Virus record (IMG/VR): IMGVR_UViG_3300017903_003153
Span: 1-28,623 of that record
DNA length: 28,623 nt
Strand: one strand, 5' to 3'
Source: a virus
Lineage: Duplodnaviria; Caudoviricetes
Every line of letters starts with the position of its first letter. Position 1 is the stretch's first letter. Below, in pieces: positions 22,643-28,623 of this stretch. The notes below the pieces were generated by a model. It saw nothing but the letters and a program-made list of their open reading frames with translations. It ran no database searches and had not been told where the DNA came from. The translations under genes were made by a program, and so were the position numbers.

Positions 22643-24892
22643 TTACAAATTATTTTCGAGGTCAGTTAACCGAACAGAAAGTTCTTTGACAGCTTCAATC
22701 AAAACAGGCACAAGCTTGTCATAGGCAACTGTTTTGTACTTATCACCATCTGGAGATTCGTGCGCTGATTCATGAATCACTTCAGGAAAAACCTTTTCTA
22801 CCTCTTGAGCAATAATTCCGAAATCTTTTTCACCAGGATGTCCAACAACATCTGGTAGATCTTTCCAGCGGAATGAAACACCGTTTAGCCCAATTAACTT
22901 AGCGAGGCATCCATGTAAAGGTTCAATTTCTTCTTTAAGGCGGATATCAGAGTAGGCAGTGACATTACCAGCTGCTGTCATATTGCCTGTACTCATTTGA
23001 ACATACCAACGCCAGGTTGAAGCAGACCAGCCACCAATTCCAAAATAACTGTCATGGCGAAGGTGCATGTGCATTGCATAGTAACTGCGACAGTGAAAAG
23101 ACATGGCTGCAACACCACCGTCACCAGTACCTCCATTATTTTCAATTTCTAGAGAAACATTATTACCAGTGGAAACACTACCGTTGTAGTTTTTAAATTC
23201 ACCTCTATGGAATACAGACCAGGATGATGGATCACAGTAATATGCTGTGTTGTTGGTGTCATACATGATCGGGCTATAGAAATGGCCTGAGTTATTGATC
23301 CATGCAACGTCACTACCACTTCTTCTAAACTTTACGACTTCAGTAGAGTTAGACCCGGCGGCAATATAGAAACGGTTTGAGTGATATTCAATCTTTCCTT
23401 CATCAGCGCCAGGGTTTCCAGTCCAAGTCTCATTAGCCTCTTCGTCAAACCATAAATTTGGAGAGTAACCATCAATGTGGTACTGCTTAAGTTGCCACTG
23501 CCCACCAGTGTTTAAAACTCCAAGCCAACCACCACCATTGGAATGAATCCACCCTTCAATATTTCCATTATGAGTGCCTCTGAATTTAAGGTTTGTACCT
23601 TGGTTTTGGGTATTACCAGTTAGATTCCAAACACCATCACTGTCTGAATACCAATGAGCGCCGGTAGCTTGGTTATATAAACCTTCTCCACTGTTATAAT
23701 TTCGGAACCAATTATCAGCGTAAAACTCAGTGGCGCGTACGTCCTTACCAGAAGAACCCCAGGTATAACCGTCTAAATTGTCAGCGTCTAAACCAGAACC
23801 CGCACCATCATTCCCTGCGTGCCAATACTTACTGCCACTATTGTCTGAACTACCTTTCCAAAGGTCACCATCTGGACCCATTACAGCAACAACGCTACTA
23901 GCACCACTACCAAATTTAATTCCACCCGTACCTGCATAGTAATTCAAAAAAATCCCATTGGTAGAAGCAGCAGCATCGAGATGTAAGTTTCCGTCAGTCG
24001 TAACAACACTTGCCATCTCCGTACCAGTAGCAGTGCGTCCATTACCTCCAACACGTAGAGTAGAACCCCAAGTTGTATTTGGACCGAAAGTAATATGATT
24101 ATCTGCGCCAGTCGTTAGATTGCCAGTAAATGAATCATTAGTATCAGACCTTAAAAACTGACTGCTGTCTAAGTTGTCAAGAGTCTCAGCATTACCGCCA
24201 TCTGCAGAGGTAATGTACCCAGCATCATTGGTAAAAGCACTGACATTAGTAGGCTTATTTAAAATTTGGGCATCACCAGAAGTTGCATTCCAGTCAGCAT
24301 TGACATTGACTTCAGCTCCAGTTGCAATTCCACTAAGCTTGGTTTTTTCTGTATCTGTGAAGGCATTCGTATCATTCTCTGCTTCATACAGTGCTTTAAT
24401 CTCTGCTCCTGTCTGATCAGCGGTGGCTGCAGTTTCAATACCGTCGAGTTTGTTTTTATCAGCCGTACTCATTGAAGAGAGTGCCCAGGAGAGGTTCCCA
24501 GAGCCGTCTGTGGCAAGCACGTTCGAGTTACTGCCTGCACTACTTGGCAAGGTCAGTGTGTAACTGGTTAGGGAACTGTTGGCCGGTGCCTGAATCTTGA
24601 CGTACTTAGCGTTGGTCTCACTATTAAGTGTCAGAGCACCAGAATTGGTGGAATCACCTTTGATGATTGCTTCAGCATCAAAGTTCACGTCACCAGTGAA
24701 AGTCGCTCCATCTAACGGTGCATATGAACTCAGGATACTAATGACTGATCCACTACTGTCTTTAATAAACAGTTGTGGATCAGTACTGCTGTAATTGATG
24801 GCAAGTTCACCGTAATCCAACTGAGCTGAAGTAGGAGCTTTAGCGGCACCACTGACCAGGACACTACTGCGCTTATGCTGGATTTTAGTCAT
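22643..24892 (-). CDS. Tail fibre protein with S74 chaperone
   Basis: Same N-terminal module; GSGLDADNLDG; AYSDIRLKEEI. Confidence 0.9.
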   Translation of the reverse strand: MTKIQHKRSSVLVSGAAKAPTSAQLDYGELAINYSSTDPQLFIKDSSGSVISILSSYAPLDGATFTGDVNFDAEAIIKGDSTNSGALTLNSETNAKYVKIQAPANSSLTSYTLTLPSSAGSNSNVLATDGSGNLSWALSSMSTADKNKLDGIETAATADQTGAEIKALYEAENDTNAFTDTEKTKLSGIATGAEVNVNADWNATSGDAQILNKPTNVSAFTNDAGYITSADGGNAETLDNLDSSQFLRSDTNDSFTGNLTTGADNHITFGPNTTWGSTLRVGGNGRTATGTEMASVVTTDGNLHLDAAASTNGIFLNYYAGTGGIKFGSGASSVVAVMGPDGDLWKGSSDNSGSKYWHAGNDGAGSGLDADNLDGYTWGSSGKDVRATEFYADNWFRNYNSGEGLYNQATGAHWYSDSDGVWNLTGNTQNQGTNLKFRGTHNGNIEGWIHSNGGGWLGVLNTGGQWQLKQYHIDGYSPNLWFDEEANETWTGNPGADEGKIEYHSNRFYIAAGSNSTEVVKFRRSGSDVAWINNSGHFYSPIMYDTNNTAYYCDPSSWSVFHRGEFKNYNGSVSTGNNVSLEIENNGGTGDGGVAAMSFHCRSYYAMHMHLRHDSYFGIGGWSASTWRWYVQMSTGNMTAAGNVTAYSDIRLKEEIEPLHGCLAKLIGLNGVSFRWKDLPDVVGHPGEKDFGIIAQEVEKVFPEVIHESAHESPDGDKYKTVAYDKLVPVLIEAVKELSVRLTDLENNL
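23758..23812. repeat. 55-bp repeat (53/55 identical) shared with 26556-26610
   Basis: Direct comparison; encodes NDGAGSGLDADNLDGYTW. Confidence 0.9.
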
Positions 24893-24934
24893 CTCTATTG
24901 ATTACTTCTTACCTATTTCAAGTATATCTAGGAC

Positions 24935-25357
24935 TCAGCTATCTTCCGCAAAAAGATAGTAGCTACCGGCCTTCAAGTGTGCGTAAGCTTGCTGTGTGAT
25001 TGATAGGTCTGACTCCATGTCAATAAAGAACTTAAGTTCACGCGGATTGATTTCTGTAACATGTCCATTAAAACGCACATCGGTGGGATTGCATGAAACA
25101 GCACCGATTGGGAACTTACCTTCATCGCGTGCTTCCTTTGATGTATAGACATCAAGAGCGATATGACCGATGTAACCTTTTTTATAATCAATGTCAGCAC
25201 GACCTCCATCAGCTGTAACGCCATCTGCCCGCGAAGAGTCTTTAGGAAGAGGAATATCCTCAAGGCGCTTTTCCTGGCGGATTTCGTTGATTAGGTGATA
25301 AGCATCAGGGACCGTCAATCCTGTGTTTGGAATAGTGAATTCACGAATAAGAGCCAT
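24935..25357 (-). CDS. Tail-fibre-associated protein
   Basis: GLTVPDAYH..VYTSKEARDEGK..QAYAHLK. Confidence 0.7.
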   Translation of the reverse strand: MALIREFTIPNTGLTVPDAYHLINEIRQEKRLEDIPLPKDSSRADGVTADGGRADIDYKKGYIGHIALDVYTSKEARDEGKFPIGAVSCNPTDVRFNGHVTEINPRELKFFIDMESDLSITQQAYAHLKAGSYYLFAEDS

Positions 25358-25359
25358 GA

Positions 25360-27675
25360 TTATGCCAGTGATTCTTTGAGTTCAGTCAGTTCTATTTTAA
25401 GCTCTTTTATTGCTTCAATGAGGAGTGCAGTCAAGTTGCCGTAACTAACACCATACTCATCTACATCCTCAGCATATGTGACCACTTCTGGTACAATCTT
25501 CTCGACTTCTTGGGCGATTACACCCATTTCATCTTTTTCGCTAACGGTTTTGTCAACGTTGATTTTGTTATAGGTAACACCACGAAGATTTAGGACTTTG
25601 CTAAGTGCTGACTCAATATTTTTGATATTTGTCTTCTTCCTTGCATCAGAATAAGCAGTAATATTACCTGTTGCATAAATCGCCCCAGTTACATAGAGAT
25701 CATACGAGGAAGAAGTATTTGAACCTGCTATAGCCATGCAACTATTACCACGACTCCAATGAAGAGTCCAGCCTGAACCATTTGGTTGATACCAACCACC
25801 ATTACCATTATTCCACATAAGGGTGTTATGGTAACCCTGGTCGTCCAATATCATCAGCCCAGCATAGTTGCCTCTGCTTCCATTTATTCGCCAAGCTCCA
25901 TAAGAACTGGTCGTATTGGGCTGAATGTGAGCACTGTTGGTATCTGAATGAATTCCAGTTGTATTCGTTTTCAACCAAACATATTTATAGGTGTACCCGC
26001 TGCTTCCGTTGAAATGCCAATGGAGAGAACCAAGATCTTCATTATTATATAACCTAATCCCTCCATATTGAGATTGAGCACCCATACGAATACCGGTGTG
26101 CCAACGCAGGTCTAACTTGGTGTAAGTACCTCCATAGTTTTCAGAGTTCGTACCAAGGTGATAATTCCCAAAATCATTGCCGCCGCCAAAACTCATTCTC
26201 GAAGAGGAAATTGAGTTGTAGTGGTTATTGGATGTATAACCTCCCACAATAAGAGCATTAGAATAGGAGCCAGATGGAGGAATGTTGACGCACCAATTTC
26301 CATTACTATTCAATAGACCGAATCCATTACTATCCCAGTACACATAACCTTTGCGATTAGTAGCGTTTCCTGCGCTGGCGTTATATCCGTCGTAGAAGAT
26401 AAGGCCATTACTGGAATTCAGATGCCAGTATTGTGAACTTGCTGAGAAAAAGTGCTTTCCCGTTGCTTCATTGTAAAGCCCCTCACTTGCATTATAATTT
26501 CTGAACCAGTCATCAGCGTAAATATCTGTACCACGTATATTTTTCCCAGAAGTATCCCAGGTATAACCGTCTAAATTGTCAGCATCTAAACCAGAACCCG
26601 CACCGTCATTACTGCTGTCCCAGACTGTTCTCCAGGCTTGCCAAGTTCCATTGTTTTTTCCTCTTATCGCAATTTGACCAGTTCTATAGTCTTGAAAAAT
26701 CTGTGCTTGCCAGCTAGAACTATAAGCTTGTGAGAACAAAGCACCATCAGTCTGCCCAAAAAGGGAGACGCTGTTGGCGTAATATAATCCATTGATAGTT
26801 GTATTGTTTGGGTTTATAGCACCACCAGAATTCGATGAGATGAATTGTGATGAGCTGCTTGTTGTCTGAACGAAACCACTTGCTTGTATTCCATCAAGTA
26901 AATCAGCATCTAAGCCTGATCCACTTCCGTCAACAGTTAGAAGTGCTGAAAGAATTTCAGCAGCAGTTTGATCAGCCGTAGCATTAGTCTCAATTCCATC
27001 CAGTTTGGTCTTGTCTGCACCGGTCATTAAGCCTGAATCACCCGCTGCAATAACCTCAGGAATTGTGGCGTCATTTCCAGTTGAACTGGCCAGCACCCGC
27101 GTTGATGCTGTGTAACTCAAATCCGTGGATCCACTAACAGTGACAGCACCGGTTTGACCATTGACGCTGGTCACTGTATTGACCTGGGCACCAGTTTCAA
27201 TGCCATCTAACTTATTTTTGTCTGCAGTGCTCATGGAAGAGACGGCCCAGGACAAATTGCCCGAACCGTCTGTCGTAAGCACCTGGGAGCTTGTCCCTGC
27301 ACTGCTTGGCAAAGTCAGTGTGTAATTAGCTGCTGAGCTATGAGCCGGAGCCTTGATATTGACAGTGTGAGTATTCTGCTCACACGTCAGGCTCAACTTC
27401 CCCGATCCGTTTGTTGAGTCTCCTTTGATCGTGACAGCGCCATCAAAATCCACATCTGCTGAGAATGCTACGTCTCCAGTAAACGTTGCTCCACCTAACG
27501 CTGCATAGTTATCAAAGAGACTGACTACTGACCCTGTGCTGTCCTTAAAAAATAATTGAGGATCACTACTGTTGTAATTAATTGCTAATTCACCGTAATC
27601 CAGCTGACTCGAAGTCGGTGCTTGAGCTGATCCCGAAAGCAGGGCGCTACTGCGTTTTAGCTGAATCTTGGTCAT
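25360..27675 (-). CDS. Tail fibre protein with S74 chaperone
   Basis: Same N-terminal module; VTSVNGQTGAV; two GSGLDAD repeats; AYSDARKKTNI. Confidence 0.9.
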   Translation of the reverse strand: MTKIQLKRSSALLSGSAQAPTSSQLDYGELAINYNSSDPQLFFKDSTGSVVSLFDNYAALGGATFTGDVAFSADVDFDGAVTIKGDSTNGSGKLSLTCEQNTHTVNIKAPAHSSAANYTLTLPSSAGTSSQVLTTDGSGNLSWAVSSMSTADKNKLDGIETGAQVNTVTSVNGQTGAVTVSGSTDLSYTASTRVLASSTGNDATIPEVIAAGDSGLMTGADKTKLDGIETNATADQTAAEILSALLTVDGSGSGLDADLLDGIQASGFVQTTSSSSQFISSNSGGAINPNNTTINGLYYANSVSLFGQTDGALFSQAYSSSWQAQIFQDYRTGQIAIRGKNNGTWQAWRTVWDSSNDGAGSGLDADNLDGYTWDTSGKNIRGTDIYADDWFRNYNASEGLYNEATGKHFFSASSQYWHLNSSNGLIFYDGYNASAGNATNRKGYVYWDSNGFGLLNSNGNWCVNIPPSGSYSNALIVGGYTSNNHYNSISSSRMSFGGGNDFGNYHLGTNSENYGGTYTKLDLRWHTGIRMGAQSQYGGIRLYNNEDLGSLHWHFNGSSGYTYKYVWLKTNTTGIHSDTNSAHIQPNTTSSYGAWRINGSRGNYAGLMILDDQGYHNTLMWNNGNGGWYQPNGSGWTLHWSRGNSCMAIAGSNTSSSYDLYVTGAIYATGNITAYSDARKKTNIKNIESALSKVLNLRGVTYNKINVDKTVSEKDEMGVIAQEVEKIVPEVVTYAEDVDEYGVSYGNLTALLIEAIKELKIELTELKESLA
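26556..26610. repeat. Second copy of the 55-bp fibre junction repeat
   Basis: Direct comparison with 23758-23812. Confidence 0.9.
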
Positions 27676-27677
27676 GA

Positions 27678-28623
27678 TTATTCACCCTTAAGTTCTTTTA
27701 CTTCCTGGCGTAACTCCTTAATTGCCTCAACAAGCAGACCTGCGAGGTTGCCATACGCAACTGTAAGTTTTCCATCCTCACCTTCACGAACAACTTCTGG
27801 TAGAACCTTTTGTACGTCTTGTGCAATCACACCAGCTTGACGAACGCCAGTGTCTATATCAGTGCGCTCAAAAGTGACGCCATTGATCTGGTCAACTTTA
27901 TCTAGTGCTTTGGAAATCAACTCAATATTTGTCTTAAGTGAAACATCTGAGTAAGCCGTTATATCTCCAGATGCTGTGAAGTTACCGGTAGAAATAGTAA
28001 ATATAAACTTGTCAATACCAGCATTACCATCACGCATAAGGATACTGCCGGTCCCACTCATCCAATCCATATACTGATTAACGCCGTTGTTATACATTTT
28101 GAAGTCATCGCCAGTTCCAAAGCGAAGAACATCGTTATCAGCAAGGTCGATTGCTGATCTAATGTTGAGCGTTCCATCCATAGTTATGTTGTTAGCAGTA
28201 GAGATATCGATGTCAGATCTCATGAACTGAGACGCATGTATGTTGTCTACCTTATCCGCGTTTGTTGCATATTCAACCTCCGCACCTGCGTGGAAATTAT
28301 CGCCGTTATATCCTTGAATTAACCATCGACTACCCGACCAATGATGCTGAATGCTATAGTCACTATCGTTGTCCCTACGGTACAGTCGTGTTACACCACG
28401 ACTATTTCGACTATCACTGTTCAAAGACGAGTTGTAAGTTGTCTGTACAAATGAACTATCAGGTTTGCCATTTAAAGCTAATGCATTTGAAGCAGCAGAA
28501 GCAGCGTCTTGTTTGGCATTAAGTGCTGTTTGAAGTCCATCAATATTTGCGATGACGTGATTGTGGCTATCATCAACAACACTCACTGAGATTGAAACGT
28601 CTGCTGTGCCGTCAAAATTGACG
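27678..28623 (-). CDS. Tail fibre protein with S74 chaperone (5' end lies outside the window)
   Basis: Frame open to window edge (VNFDGTADVSISVSVVDDSHNH); AYSDVSLKTNI. Confidence 0.88.
   Translation of the reverse strand, partial: VNFDGTADVSISVSVVDDSHNHVIANIDGLQTALNAKQDAASAASNALALNGKPDSSFVQTTYNSSLNSDSRNSRGVTRLYRRDNDSDYSIQHHWSGSRWLIQGYNGDNFHAGAEVEYATNADKVDNIHASQFMRSDIDISTANNITMDGTLNIRSAIDLADNDVLRFGTGDDFKMYNNGVNQYMDWMSGTGSILMRDGNAGIDKFIFTISTGNFTASGDITAYSDVSLKTNIELISKALDKVDQINGVTFERTDIDTGVRQAGVIAQDVQKVLPEVVREGEDGKLTVAYGNLAGLLVEAIKELRQEVKELKGE

Noticed and set aside
20037-28623. Shufflon/invertible fibre cassette or diversity-generating retroelement
   Set aside because: All fibres face the same way with their own N-termini, I saw no inverted crossover sites, there is no reverse transcriptase, and the 55-bp repeat is internal with two synonymous changes

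Overview
A 28.6-kb segment of a tailed dsDNA cyanophage, probably infecting Synechococcus. The host call rests on a glutamine riboswitch with an NtcA box, an NblA-like gene and tRNA-Leu(UAA). The left part (+ strand, 1-12.4 kb) is a replication and nucleotide module: ThyX, two SSB-like proteins, a PD-(D/E)XK exonuclease, a primase-VapE helicase, a split T7-like family A DNA polymerase, DUF3310, and four enzyme homologues that seem to have lost their catalytic residues. The middle (12.4-17.6 kb) holds small minus-strand lysis-type and host-manipulation genes, tRNA-Leu, an HNH endonuclease, an Xis/tyrosine recombinase pair and about 560 nt of non-coding DNA. The right part (- strand) has five small, mostly basic proteins and four tandem tail-fibre genes with S74 chaperone domains. 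Most interesting signals: (1) a probable 300-370 nt multi-domain, doubly pseudoknotted ncRNA between the recombinase and the basic-protein operon; (2) a textbook -1 frameshift cassette (A_AAA_AAG, stop codon, 8-bp stem) that would extend a holin-like protein; (3) a gifB-like nitrogen-sensing cassette (NtcA box over the -10, glutamine riboswitch, DUF4278-like gene); (4) a phage-specific promoter, CCAC-N19-TANNNT, found five times; (5) an SSB C-terminal peptide repeated inside the primase-helicase linker. All family assignments are from motif recognition by eye; no searches or folding programs were run.
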